In this document: positions 38,550-53,569 of the stretch, piece after piece
How positions within the stretch are numbered: the stretch's first letter is position 1
How the letters are laid out: the number at the start of each line of letters is the position of its first letter
From: Eledone cirrhosa
Lineage: Eukaryota
Length of the DNA: 64,000 bases
Assembly: GCA_964016885.1 (NCBI GenBank)
Contig: OZ024751.1
Location: 36,828,001 to 36,892,000 of the forward strand
Direction of reading: 5' to 3'
The notes under the pieces: model-generated
Told to the model about the DNA's origin: nothing
Database searches by the model: none
The model's input: the letters and a program-made list of their open reading frames with translations, nothing else
Program-made: the position numbers and the translations under genes

Positions 38550-38806
38550 TGCATCTCAGTTTCGAGATTGCCATCTCTGGATTTTCCTCATACACAGGCT
38601 GCACGAATATAACTGTTTAGCCCACCAAGGAATTATACTCCTTTCTACATATGTTGCAGCGAAAAAAAAAATAATAATAAACGAAAAGGCCATGCTCAGG
38701 CAACACATGTGAAAATCGTTTAGATCAAGTGATGTTCATGTTTGAAGCTTTTAAAGTGAAGAATGGCCTTGCATTGGACCAATCCTACCCTCCGAACAAC
38801 GGTGAC

Positions 38807-38866
<60 letters not shown>

Positions 38867-39889
38867 GAGATATAACTAGCACCCTCTTACCGACAGTAGT
38901 ATTCCAATTAAGATAGCAGGTTGTTATCTGAATGATCGTCGACTGCTATTTCTAACAGGTCAAACGAGACCGACATTCGGCTCACCGTTTCAGTTAAGTG
39001 GGTGTATTAAAAGGCATTTCCTGGATAGGATGTTTGACATATTGACGCTAACGTCTTCCAGATGTTTAGCCACCTTCTTATCACAGACACATAAAGTCAC
39101 CTCTTAATGTAAAGTACCTTGCCATGATTAAAACAGAAATAAGTAGAATATAATGGCAGATATGATCCCTAATTGCCTTATCTGAGTGTCCATAGTATCA
39201 CAACATAAATTTAAGAACGGCAGTCTTAGTTTTTGCCAAAGGTAATTCCGAACTTACTATTTTACAAATGACACCATTGTTTGTACTCAATAATACATTT
39301 CTTTTAAAAACCTCGCCTAACAAGCAGTGTACATTCGATTTAGAATAGGCACGTGATAATTCTGCCTGCATTAATAGGTAACTAAAATAGTTGCACCAGA
39401 AACAGCACCCAGCCTTAAAATAGTGCCTCATATTGCCCTAAGAGAGGTATAAAACTTCTTTCAGGGTTCGCACGGTTAATCCCTGTTATGGCTGACACAA
39501 TATCTTTAAAGTGCTTGTTGTGTTACTTCACAAGTTCTGTCAACCTTGTAAAGTGTCTGCAAAAATGATTAAATTTTCATTCTGATTAGCGATTTCAGAA
39601 GTCTCTGTTGAGCTCGTCTGTCTTCGTGAAACTTTTGGTAAATGGAATAATTGTTAAAAATAATAGTTAAATACCCCTTCCGTCTTAAAATTATACGACT
39701 CCAATAGGAGTTAAGGGCCCTTGTATTTATGTATGTTTGATCAATTTTGAAACGACGAACGGCAACATCTGCTTCAGCGGGATTTAATCAAACCCTGGTC
39801 ATAGAAATCTGTGACAAATACCACGAAACATTCTTTCTGACTTTTAAAGGATTTTACCAATTCTCAGCCGTTCACTGCTGCTGCTGTTG

Positions 39890-39962
<73 letters not shown>

Positions 39963-40127
39963 ATTGATGGTAGTAGGGGGAATAAAGAAAAAAACTGAGA
40001 AGGAGTGAGGTATGATTCCTCAAACATATTCTGCAAACCCAAAACCTACCGCTAATCGGAGGATTGCACATGGACTATTATTACTACTTCTACTACTATT
40101 TGTACTACTACTACTACTACTCCTACA

Positions 40128-40191
<64 letters not shown>

Positions 40192-41133
40192 GATTAAACT
40201 GGAGATCCAGTTTATGGGACGATATTGAGCCAGCTTCTTCTATAGTGAGAATCATTAAAATATCATGTAACGAAACCGAGCCAGTTCAGACAGTTCAAGT
40301 AAAAGAAAATCTCAATTTAATGAATGAAGCAATAAATGAATAAAAGAATAAACGAATGAGAGAATAGATACATGAACGGAAGGGTAAAGTATTAAAGTAA
40401 ATGAATACCGGAATGAATAATGGTTAAATACCTTAAATAGAAGTCAATCAACGGTATCGGATGTGTTGTGCTGTAAAGGGGGGGGGGGGTTATTTAGCAT
40501 AAAGTAGAATTCTTAATATCAGGATATGTGTGAAGTATGTGTGTATGTGTATGTATATGTGTTATGCATGTGTATGAGTTGTCCATGTATATACATGTAT
40601 ATATATGTATATGTATATATATATATGAGTGTGTGTGTGCGTTTGTGCGCGTAATGTCTCTGTGTGTATGTGTGTGTGTGTGTGTATGTAATATGGCGAC
40701 CGTGTGTGTACGTGTATGTCTGTGTGTGTGTGTATGTCTCTGTGTGTATATGTGTCTATGTGTGTGTAATATGGCGACCGTGTGTGTATGTGTACGACTC
40801 TGTGTGTGTGTATGTCTGTGTATGTCTGTGTGTGTGTGTGTGTCTGTGTGTGTGTAATTAAACAGGATTTACTTTCAGCCACAACCTATTCTCTTGGGTC
40901 TCTCTTTATTGCAGTTTCATTTCCTTCTTAGATCACATTTCACTCAGTGTGTGTGTGTGTACGTGTGTGTGCTTGTGTGCGTGCGCGTGTGTGTGTGTGA
41001 TATTTGTGTATATATGTAAAAAGGAGTGAACGCACACACGTGCATATAACTGGCGGAGGAACGCACTCACAAGCAGACACAAATATAAATATACATATAT
41101 ACACACTCACAAGTACGCACACACACACGTGTG

Positions 41134-41262
<129 letters not shown>

Positions 41263-41440
41263 TAATACAAAGGCATGTATAAAACATTATTTAACTGATA
41301 AAAGCTCTGCTATCAGCTTATCTAAGCTATTTTCTCTTAATTATCACTTCATCCAAGCCCAGTACTCACCTACCAACACGCACACACACACATATATATA
41401 TATACATTTACACACAACCACACAAACAAGCACACACACA

Positions 41441-41479
<39 letters not shown>

Positions 41480-41634
41480 CCATAAATCCATGCCTCCTCA
41501 CAAGAAACAAATACGTACACAGACACACACAGACACACCCATATTCACATACACACACGTAAAGGCATAATCGTATATATACTATATGATACAGTTATGG
41601 AATTACAGTAGGATTACACCAAACACACACACAC

Positions 41635-41674
<40 letters not shown>

Positions 41675-41715
41675 TCTCTCACACACACACATGTATATAT
41701 ATATATATATATAAT

Positions 41716-42131
41716 GTAGGAGGTGAGTTTTATTGTAGTATAATAAAGCAATGCAGATATCGGATAAGAAGCACTCTACAATTTGTAGGACTGGAGTAAA
41801 CATAATATATAAGATCAAAAGATGGTTAAATGAGTTCCATGTATTTTATTATGCGCATTTCAAAAACAAATATCATCATGCAATAACATTTGTGTTTTCA
41901 TCAGATAAAATAGGACATGATATGAAGGTTAAAACACACTTGTGGATAGTGCAGTTTTAAATCAACATATGATATGTTGATTTAAAACTGCACTATCCAC
42001 AAGTGTTTTTTAACCTTCATATCATGTCCTCCTATTTTATCTGATGAAAACACAAATGTTATTGCATGATGATATTTGTTTTTGAAATGCGCATAATAAA
42101 ATACATGGAACTCATTTAACCATCTTTTGAT

Positions 42132-42135
<4 letters not shown>
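41716..42135. mobile_element. Fold-back hammerhead element, family A, copy 3 (both cores intact)
   Basis: Plus-strand CTGATGA at 42041-42047, GAAA at 42084-42087, AUA^ at 42095; a mirror copy is on the minus strand at about 41842-41912. Confidence 0.92.
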
Positions 42136-42201
<66 letters not shown>

Positions 42202-42209
42202 TATAAGCG

Positions 42210-42296
42210 TGTTTGATTTACGATCATAATGTCGTGAGTTCGATTCCTGGGCTGGGTTGCGTGTTGCGTTCTTTGAGTAAAACACTTTATTGCATC
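42210..42296 (+). mobile_element. tRNA-SINE fragment (family of 53690-53828)
   Basis: GTGAGTTCGATTCCTGG...GTGTTG.GT.CTTTGAG.AA.ACACTTTAT. Confidence 0.55.
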
Positions 42297-43408
42297 TTAT
42301 TTTTCTTCGTCTTCTTCATCTCCCCCACCTTCTCCTTCTTCCACCCCCACCTTCTTCTTCTTCTTCTTCTTCTTCTTCTTCTTCTTCTTCTTCTTCTTCT
42401 TCTTCTTCTTCTTCTTCTTCTTCTTCTTCTTCTTCTGTGTATGTACGTGTTTGTGTGTTTGTAAGTGCATTTGGATGTTTGTGTTTGTGTCTGTGCGTGT
42501 GTATGTGTGATTTTGTGCGTACACACGTGTGAGCGTGTGCGTGTGTTTGAGTGTGTACACGGGTGTGTGTGTGTGGGGGGGGTGTATGTGTGTGTATGTG
42601 TGTGTATGTGAAGAATGTAGTAGGAAATGCGAGAAAATAAAGGAAAGATGTTTGACTATGAATTACAGAAGTTAGACATCTTACCAAACTAATTACAGTC
42701 AGTGTAGTTGTTGCTGTTGTTGCTGTTGTTGATGGCGCTGGTGTTGTTGTGGTTGCTCGTGGTGTTTTTGTTGTTGATGATGATGATGCTGTTGTTGTTG
42801 CTGTTGTTTTTATTTGTGTTGCTGTTGTTGTTGATGGCGCTGTTGGTGTTGTTATTGATGGCAGGCACTGTTTGTGCTGTTGTTATTGTTGTTGGAGTTG
42901 CTGTTGCGGTTGATGGCAGTTGTTGATGATGTTGTTGTTGCTGTTGTTTTTAGTGTTGCTGTTGTTGTTACTGTTGTTGTTGTTGACGTTGTTGTTGTTG
43001 TTGTTCATGGCGTTGTTTTTGCTGATTTCGCTGTCGGTCGGTGTTGTTCTTGTTGTTGATGGCTCAGTCAGTAATTCTGTTGTTGTTGTTAAAGACGTTG
43101 TTATTGTTGTTATTGCTGTTACTGTTGCCGACGGCGTTGTTGTTGTTGTTATATGTATTATTATTGATAATGGTGTTGGTCGTGTTATATTTTTACTTCT
43201 ATATTATTTGCTCAATTCATGCAACAAACAATATCAGTTCTTTCAACCACAATTGTTTTATAATTATACCACATTATATCATCTCATATATTTTTCTCCC
43301 TAATATTCTTACTACTTATACAAGATATTACGTAACAAAACCAAGTTTGAACGTTTCAGAACATCAAAGGAACCATGTCAAAAAAATATAACGTAATACG
43401 TGAAAACT

Positions 43409-43555
<147 letters not shown>

Positions 43556-43594
43556 GTGTGTGTGGGAATATATATATATATCAGTGTGTGTGTG

Positions 43595-43672
<78 letters not shown>

Positions 43673-44193
43673 TGTAATAAGATATAAGGAAAATGCAAAA
43701 AAAAACATTTATTAAAAAATAGGGAAATTACATGTCAATATTATCTTCATAAATATTTCTAACACACACACACACACACATGTATATACACACACATAAA
43801 TCTATATATCTATATACACATACATACACGCACACATATATATATACCATATACCCACACATACATACTGACAAATACACATATACACACACACGCATAC
43901 ATACATACAAAAATACATATACAAACATATAGGCGGTCGTGCGTCTCCATCTCAGGAGTTAAGAAATCATACATGCTATAAAGGCATGATATAGTTTGTA
44001 TTTTTTTTCTATGTATACGTGTGTATAATTGGTGGTAGCACTAACATAGCGTTGTTCATAATAATTATGTATAGGAAAAGATACGATATATTTATCTATA
44101 ATGGTTTCTGATTTAGATACAAGGGCAACAACGGTTAAATTGACTTCAGTTCATTACTGGTATGCAGCAGTGATCTTATTTACTACACACACG

Positions 44194-44231
<38 letters not shown>

Positions 44232-44548
44232 AAGAAGCAGATGCTTGTAATTTTTGTTTCCCACGATCAATCGACCCTCTTAATCGATCGTAAAACAATG
44301 AACTGATTAACTACCTACGTCTGACTTCTGCTTTTTTAATGTTCTATGCACAAACATATTTATATGTACGACTCAGTGACCGGGACGGATTATCTTCGAG
44401 GAAACCCTAAGCAGTGGTCAGCTACTAGAAAAACTAGTGCTCACAGCACCTAATTTCCCTGCAGTCATCTTTCCAAGGACACATTGCGCTGTAACAACGT
44501 TATCAGCCTCGTCACAACCAGGTGGAATACGATATATATATATATATG

Positions 44549-44639
<91 letters not shown>

Positions 44640-44667
44640 GTATGTATATATATATATATTTATATAC

Positions 44668-44732
<65 letters not shown>

Positions 44733-44786
44733 TATGTATGTGCGTGTGTTTTTATTGTTTGTGCGCGTGTGTATTTAACTATCAAC

Positions 44787-44821
<35 letters not shown>

Positions 44822-44980
44822 ACGATATTAAATAAATGGAAACTATATTTATAAAACCATATTTATTTTATTATATAAGAGCATCAACACACTTTGGTAC
44901 GATTTCTTCAGATAAAATACGAAGTTTGTTTTATAAATAGAGACATACCCAGGAAAATCATACCTTATCAGTTGATATAT

Positions 44981-45011
<31 letters not shown>

Positions 45012-45184
45012 CGTTGAGATATATATATGTGTAATATACATATGCACACTTACAAAGACAACAACGCACATACATACATAGTTACATACATATATACATA
45101 CATACAAACATACATACATACATACATACATACATACATACAAACATACATACATACATGCATATATACATACATACAAACATA

Positions 45185-45660
45185 ACACAGTCAACGCGAT
45201 CAGTCGCATATTTTGGTGTGAGAGACTATTTATTTAATTTAAGATGAATACTATCTCCGACAGTAATGCCACAACTACAGTCATGTTGAATAACTAGTTA
45301 TTCTTCTAACTGTATCTTCTGAAGACACCTTTCATTCGAATTCGTAGAGATATCCGACTAAATACATAATTCATTTTAAAAGGATTTGCTACAAACAGCA
45401 TGGCTGAACACAACATCAACAATAAAATTAAGGAAGTATCGAAGACAAACAACAATAAAGATAGTTGTAACTACAGAAGAAACCGAAATTATAAATCGCA
45501 TTTCTCTTGGATTTGCGAACTTAATGATGATTTATTTAATTGTTATAAAATGGCAAAAAACAATCCCTCCATTGGCTATATGAACAGAATGAAGCTACAC
45601 TGGGACGAAATGCACCCAGAGCTAAATGATTTCACAGCGAAACCAAATACAACTAGTTAG
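45185..45660 (+). pseudogene. 5' end of an R4/Dong-like non-LTR retrotransposon (N-terminal domain)
   Basis: ORF 45400-45660 has WICELNDDLFNCYKMAKNNPSIGYMNRMKLHWDEMHPEL, resembling the WxxExNxxLxxCY...GYxxRMxxxWxExxP N-terminal motif of R4/Dong ORFs; it begins right after (ATAC)n. Confidence 0.65.
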
Positions 45661-46011
45661 GAAATTACAAGTACAATCCATTAATGGAACAGTAAAAATA
45701 TGTAAAACATTCCAAAAATGTTGCATCCAATAACTGCGTATACACATGTACAGATACAAAGCATATACGCATGCACACATACAACTCAATACATACACAT
45801 CCACACATACAATAACATCCATATCTACACATGCATGTAGACATACATACATAATCTACCTAGTTGATGTGTAAATTCCAATGAGAGAGTCTTGTGTCTA
45901 TGTTAGAAACTGAATCTCTCGCTATTGGGAAAAAATTTGTGAAATTATAAAGCCAGAAGAACATACATAAATACATACATACATACATACATACATACAT
46001 ACATACATACA

Positions 46012-46045
<34 letters not shown>

Positions 46046-46087
46046 CATACATACATATATAAATACATACATACATACATACATACA

Positions 46088-46470
46088 TTGAAAACGTGTT
46101 CTGTTGTGGAGATCAGCTGCCCACTTCATGTAAACGTTGTCAGAAAAATACAGGAGAAGGAGGACATCTACGGACCATTGATGAGGAGTTTACAAATCCA
46201 GTATCCAAGATACACCTTTAGCTCCATACCCATCATTATTGGAGCTACGGGTTATATACCAACCCGCTTGGACCAAAGTATGACTGAACTTGGATTTGCG
46301 GACAAAGAACGCAGCTCCCTAATTCATAGTCTACAAATGGCTGCGATAGCTGGCACCTTCAACATTTGCAAAACATTCTTGCGATTCAAGGGATGACAAT
46401 TTCTTTTCTTTTACAACCTTGCCACCAGGAGGTGACCGGTCAAATAAATATTCTCGAAATTAAGAGATAA
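46088..46470 (+). pseudogene. 3' end of a restriction-like endonuclease (RLE) non-LTR retrotransposon, R4/Dong-like
   Basis: CSVVEISCP...VVRKIQEKEDIYGPL...IPIIIGATGYIP...LQMAAIAGTFNICKTFL matches the RLE C-terminus (E.xxP, K..KY, P..IG..G, Q....GT..I); flanked on both sides by (ATAC)n. Confidence 0.85.
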
Positions 46471-47118
46471 CATACATATATACATATATACATACATACA
46501 TAAATACATACATATATACATACATACATACAGTGACTGACTGACACTACTATATGTAGCTAGTAGCACCATATTTCCAAAGTAGCACCAGTAAAACCTA
46601 GAAATTAACTTCCTAGTTTGGTAAGAGGAACAATAAGATCTCATTAACTTCCGCTATTTCCTAACATTTCCTTTCGTTTCTCTTGTTTTGCTTTTCTTTT
46701 ATTTCTGGTATTTACAAGTTTTTTTCCCGTTGTTTCTTGTTTTTTATTTAAAAAAACAACATTGTTATTTATTTATTTATATTGTATTTCTCTTCGTTAC
46801 CTGATTAATTTTTTTTTCTCTTAATTAATTAATGGAATGTAGTTCTAACATAAACGACGCTGAAATGAATACATACACACTACACACACACATACACACA
46901 CACACACACACACATACAAACACTACACACACACATACACACTACACATGCACACACTACACACACACTCACTACACACACACACACTCACCACACGCAC
47001 ACTCACACACACGCACTCACTACACGCACACACACACAGTCACACACTTACACACACACAGACAACTCACTCACAATACAGACACATTACACAGACACAC
47101 AATTAAACACACACACAA

Positions 47119-47149
<31 letters not shown>

Positions 47150-47449
47150 AATATATATATATTTAACACCCACAGAATGACACACATGCATACGTACACA
47201 CACTACACACACCCCACACTCACTACACACACACACATATATATATATATATATTTAACAGCCACACACATATAAGTATATAATCTTAATTATATAATTG
47301 CGTGGTTTCGTAGATGCAAAAGGACTTTTAAGATTTCGCTTTCCTTGAACACGTGACGAATGTACTGGACACACACACACACTCACACTCACACACACAC
47401 ACGCACACACACACACACACACACTCACACATACACACACACATACACA

Positions 47450-47495
<46 letters not shown>

Positions 47496-47734
47496 TACCA
47501 AACATAGTTCCCTTGTAAATTAATTGGTGGCTGTGGTGCCCCTTACAATTCCCTATTTACCCCTACCCCTCCCTTCATTAAACGTTCTCCCACAACCGGA
47601 AGTAGGCCAGCAACCTAGTTACCAGCGACGCCTAGTGTCCGTTCGTGCTTTTACGATCGTTTGAAATGAGATGCAAGGGAAAACAAATCACATATGGACC
47701 AAATCCCTCGACACCTCCTTCCATATATTTACTG

Positions 47735-48755
47735 CACACACACACATACATACATACACACATACACACATATACATACACACACATATACACAACACAT
47801 ACATACATACACACATACACACATATACATACACACACACACAACACACTCACATACACACACACATACACACATACACACGCATACATACATACACACA
47901 TACACACATACACATACATACACACACAACGCACTCATATACACACACACATACACAACACATACATACATACACACATACACACATATACATACACACA
48001 CACAACGCACTTACATACACACACACATACACAACGCATACACACACACATACATACATACACAACACACTCATACACACATACACAACACATACATACA
48101 TACACACATACACACATATACATACACACACACATACATACACAACACACACACATACACAACGCATACACACACACACATACATACGCAACACACTCAC
48201 ATACACACACACATATACAACACATACATACACACATCCACACATATACATACACACACACATATATACACAACACACACACATACACAACGCATACACA
48301 CATATACATACACAACACACTCACACACACACACACATACACAACACATACACACATATACATACACACACATACATACACAACACACTCACATATGCAC
48401 ACACATACACAACGCATACACACACATACATACACAACACACTCACATACACACACACATACACAACGCATACACACACACACATACATACATACACAAC
48501 ACACTCACACACACACACATACATAACGCATACACACACACACATACATACACAACACGCTTACATACACACACACATACAAACACATACACACACACAC
48601 ATAGATACACAACACACTCACATACACACACACATACAAACACATACACACACACACATACATACACAACACGCTTACATACACACACACAAAACACTCA
48701 CATACACACACACATACACACACATACATACACAAGACAGACATACACACATATA
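47735..48755. repeat. Cryptic CA/TA minisatellite
   Basis: Recurring CATACACAACACAC and CACAACGCATAC blocks. Confidence 0.9.
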
Positions 48756-48859
48756 CTTATATGAGTGACCACCCTACACTCCAACACAACCGAACCAAAC
48801 CCAGTCTCCCACATCTCATACACACACACTCCCACACAGACACATATTCATACACACTA

Positions 48860-49395
48860 CGATCAACACCACCACAATCACCACCACCACCACCTTAATC
48901 ATCACCACCACCACCATCATCATCAACACCACCACCACTACCACCACCACCACCACCACCTTCATCACCACCACCACCACCATCATCACCACCACCACCA
49001 CCACCACCACCTTCATCATCACCACCACCACCATCATCATCAACACCACCACCACCACCACTACCACCACCACCACCACCTTCATCACCACCACCACCAC
49101 CACCACCATCATCACCACCACCACCACCACCACCTTCATCATCACCACCACCACCTTCATCACCACCACCACCACCACCACCACCACAGCGACCACAATC
49201 ACCACCACCACCACCACCACCACAGCGACCACAATCACCACCACCACAACGACCACCTTCATCACCACCACCACCACCACCACCACCACCACCACCACCA
49301 CAACGACCACCTTCATCATCACCACCACCACCACCACCACTTTCATCATCACCACCACCACCACCACCACCACCACCACCTTCATCTTCACCATT
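48860..49395. repeat. (CAC)n/(CAT)n tract
   Basis: Direct reading. Confidence 0.95.
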
Positions 49396-49512
49396 ACTAT
49401 TCCCACCACAATCCCATTTTCCCACCGTTCCTAGATGCTCTTTGTCCAGTTTCTGTTGGTTGTATAAGAAAGCGATATGCATTGTTATGTCTTTGAAAAC
49501 CTGCTTCCTTCT

Positions 49513-49595
<83 letters not shown>

Positions 49596-49629
49596 TTATA
49601 TATAAACACACATGTGCACCCCCCCACAC

Positions 49630-49665
<36 letters not shown>

Positions 49666-49689
49666 CATTATATCTTTAGGTCAAATCCC

Positions 49690-49805
49690 TTGAGTTCAAA
49701 TCCCGTCGAGGTTAACTTTGCCTTTTATCCTGACGGGGTCGATGAAATAAAGTACCAGTAATGCACTGGATAATTGCTGGCCTTGTGCCAAAAGTAGAAA
49801 CAATT
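49690..49805 (+). mobile_element. 5'-truncated SINE (Meta-like core)
   Basis: Runs from the B box through the 3' end. Confidence 0.85.
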
Positions 49806-50071
49806 ATATCTTTAGGTCAGTTTGACAATCGCCACCAACGAAGTCGAGGAAGTTCTCCAGCATGTTAACCAGGATTTAAAAAAACAACAAATTCCCACCG
49901 AAGTTAACAAAGGCCTTATTGGGTCTACATAGCAAAAGAGGGGTCAAGTCAGATCTATTGGAGATGGTTGCTTGTGACAGGAATGCTTGAGGGCTCTACA
50001 TAAAAGGGCGACGAAGACGACGACGACGACGACGAAGAAGAAGAAGAAGAAGAAGAAGTCAGACAGACCAA

Positions 50072-50250
50072 TAATTGTTTCTAGTTTTGGCACAAGGCCA
50101 GCAATTATTTCAGTTTATTACTGGTACTTTATTTTATCGATGAAAGGCAAAGTTAACCTCGGCAGGATTTGAACTCTGACCACAAAGGGCCGTAACTCTT
50201 TGCTGCGAAGAATGGCGTCCGACCCTCTACTGATACTGCCAATCCACTGC
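50072..50250 (-). mobile_element. SINE (Meta-like core) whose head is tandemly amplified
   Basis: 3' end at 50072, B box at about 50165-50176, head continuing into the 45-bp array. Confidence 0.85.
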
Positions 50251-50790
50251 CCTAGCATGGCGTCCGACCCTCTACTGATACTACCAATCCACTGCCCTAG
50301 CATGGCGTCCGACCCTCTACTGATACTACCAATCCACTGCCCTAGCATGGCGTCCGACCCTCTACTGATACTGCCAATCCACTGCCCTAGCATGGCGTCC
50401 GACCCTCTACTGATACTACCAATCCACCGCCCTAGCATGGCGTACGACCCTCTACTGATACTACCAATCCACTGCCCTAGCATGGCGTCCGACCCTCTAC
50501 TGATACTGCCAATCCACTGCCCTAGCATGGCGTCCGACCCTCTACTGATACTACCAATCCACTGCCCTAGCATGGCGTCCGACCCTCTACTGATACTGCC
50601 AATCCACCGCCCTAGCATGGCGTCCGACCCTCTACTGATACTGCCAATCCACCGCCCTAGCATGGCGTCCGACCCTCTACTGATACTACCAATCCACTGC
50701 CCTAGCATGGCGTCCGACCCTCTACTGATACTGCCAATCCACCGCCCTAGCATGGCGTCCGACCCTCTACTGATACTGCCAATCCACCGC
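50212..50790 (-). repeat. 45-bp minisatellite (about 13 copies) derived from the SINE 5' A-box region
   Basis: Unit CATGGCGTCCGACCCTCTACTGATACTRCCAATCCACYGCCCTAG is the reverse complement of the SINE head seen at 27114-27155. Confidence 0.95.
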
Positions 50791-51325
50791 ATAATTGAGA
50801 GGTGGTGTGAGCATGGCCACAGTCTAATAATTGAAACCAGTGATAGAACTCTGACCACAAAGGGCCGTAACTCTTGATTGAAACCAGTGATAGGATATGA
50901 ATAAAGTAGAAACTAGAGTTAAGTAGTTGAACAGAAGCAGCAAGTCGTATTGTGGAGGTTATCCATAAATGACACACAAGCACCCAAGAGAAGGGCAATC
51001 TGTACATTACGTATAGTGGAGGGTGAAACCCAATAGCTGTGTGTGTGTGTGTGTGTGTGTGTGTGTCTGCACCTGCGTGTATGTGTGTATGTACACAGCA
51101 CAGTTAACTGACGTGTAAATTTCTTGGCCTTTTGGTTTCCAATGTGTTGCTTCTCATTTAACTTGGGGTGTAATGTATGTATGTACGTATGTACGTATGT
51201 ATGTATATATGTACGCATGTACGCATGCCTGTAAGAATACATGTATTTACTCAGACACACACACACATATGTATATACAAATATATAATTATTGCTACAC
51301 TATATATCTATCTATCTATATCTGT

Positions 51326-51396
<71 letters not shown>

Positions 51397-51573
51397 CACG
51401 CAATATACCCAAGTTATTCTAAATATAACTCGGAACATATTAGAATATAAAGATTTGTAATGAAATCTGTCTGGATAAATTTATTGCCAAATCATGATAT
51501 TTCTTAATCACCAAATATGTATGTATACGGGCGTATGTTTGACAATATATATATATATATATATATATACACA

Positions 51574-51623
<50 letters not shown>

Positions 51624-51644
51624 ATGTACGTATGTTTGACAATA

Positions 51645-51692
<48 letters not shown>

Positions 51693-53425
51693 ATCAATGT
51701 GTAGATAAACATGCATAACTGCATATCCATATAATCTGGTAGATCAGTCTTTTACAGAATTATCATTTCAAACAGAAGTTATCACCGTGGTATATTTATT
51801 GACGCAGAATTGCTTATAAATTCAAAACAATTCAACTGTCCTTCCTATTTTTTCCTATTTATTTCTACTTATCCTCCGTTCTTACCTTCGTATTCCCTCT
51901 GAAATTACACCTTTAATATCCCGTTGAAGTTGTTCTCAATGTATTTTCCTTTTCTTTTTTTTATATACGTTGTTGTTTGTTTTTCGCTAACTCTTAGCAC
52001 CTGGCAGAGAGACGTTTAATGTTTAGTCGTAAAAATGGTAAAAGATAAGCCAGCCATCCAAGTAGCATAGCGACCAATTGTCTGCTTTTGCCAGGGTTTA
52101 TGGTCAAATATTTTATTGTCTACATATAAAATTCAGTAAAGTGATAACTTCCTGACATGTGACCAAGAAAAAAAAAAAGAAAAATATATATATATATATA
52201 TATATGAAAAAAAAAAAGATGAAAAAATAAAAATATCTAAGTCACACATCAACACCACAAACAAAAACAAGACCGCCACCACCACCACCATCATTACCAA
52301 CCGCCCCAGCGACAACAACAAATAACAAACAATAGACAATAGACTTTTCTTCCCGTTTATTGCTTTCTCTTAATCTTATTCATTGCTTTTAAGATGTGTT
52401 TTTGTTGTTGAATTGCTATGTTAAAAATGTAGAAAAACAAATGGCGATAGCTTATCTAACATAACATATATAAACATTAGGTTATTCAAACTAGAGAGGA
52501 CGCCTTCGAAGCTGGACATACATGAGGTGTCAAGGACGAAAGTAATATGTATGTACTGGAAAACAAGGGGTAGGTTTAGTGCGTTTAAATTTAGAAAGAG
52601 GAGCAAAACCATTTACATACACATTACAAATAAATAAACAAATATATATATATATATATATAAATGCGCCTGTGTGTGTCTATGTATTATATATATATGT
52701 ATATATAAATGCGTGTGTGTGTGTATGTATTATATATATATATATATATATATAAATGCGTGTGTGAATGCATTATATATATAAGCTGTTTGTTCACTCT
52801 CTTATTTTCTCTTTCTCTCTGGAGAAAGAAGGAAATAAGCACTCGAGATGAGCCCGTAAAGACCAGGCGGAACTAATCGAGTTACGCTTCACTCCTTTTT
52901 GCTGCTAGACATTTGTGGTTTAACCACACGGGCGCTATTTACACTGAGGCTAAATGCACGACTATTAAATATATTTATACCTCACCCATCCACAGAGTGC
53001 GTTAATTAATAACGCTGAAGATTCCCCCGTGTGTTACAAGATCCTTAGATAGTTCATGACTCGGGTACACTAACATGAAACAGTAAAATATAGCAAAATT
53101 TTCAGGGTAATAGGCCACAGGGTTGTCGTATATATATATATGAAAATACTACCCAAAATAATACTACCCAAAATATCGAGTACTCTGGTGGGTTATGGTC
53201 CACCTGGTATCTTACCACACCTTCTTTGTTATATATATATATATATATATGCAAAAGTTTTATTTAAGATTGTTGGGTTACAACGAGTAAATATTTTATA
53301 ACTGATATAAAAGCACTCAACAGTTTCTGGAGTAGGTTTACGAGACTACCAAATCAACTTTTTAAAAGGAAGTTGCATTATTACAAGGTATGTCACTAAT
53401 TATTTATAAAACAGCTTATGTATTG

Positions 53426-53491
53426 TATTTTGTCTGAGGAAGGCATAACATATTTTTAATATGATATCCCAGAAATATATATAACGAAATA
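53426..53491 (+). ncRNA. Minimal hammerhead motif (family E)
   Basis: UAUUUUGU-CUGAGGA-imperfect stem II-GAAA-U AUAU A-UA^ACGAAAUA; the element ends at (TA)n at 53533; an inverted degenerate relative is at 44821-44940. Confidence 0.7.
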
Positions 53492-53532
53492 AATATGGTT
53501 TTATAAATATAGTTTCCATTTGTTTAATATCG

Positions 53533-53569
<37 letters not shown>

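Noticed and set aside
47645-49496. His/Thr-rich and poly-His or poly-Gly ORFs (and similar YI, CV, ER and SL ORFs across the window)
   Set aside because: They are translations of di- and trinucleotide microsatellites.
50118-50877. 246-aa and 225-aa repeat ORFs
   Set aside because: The unit is the SINE head sequence and is open on both strands by chance.
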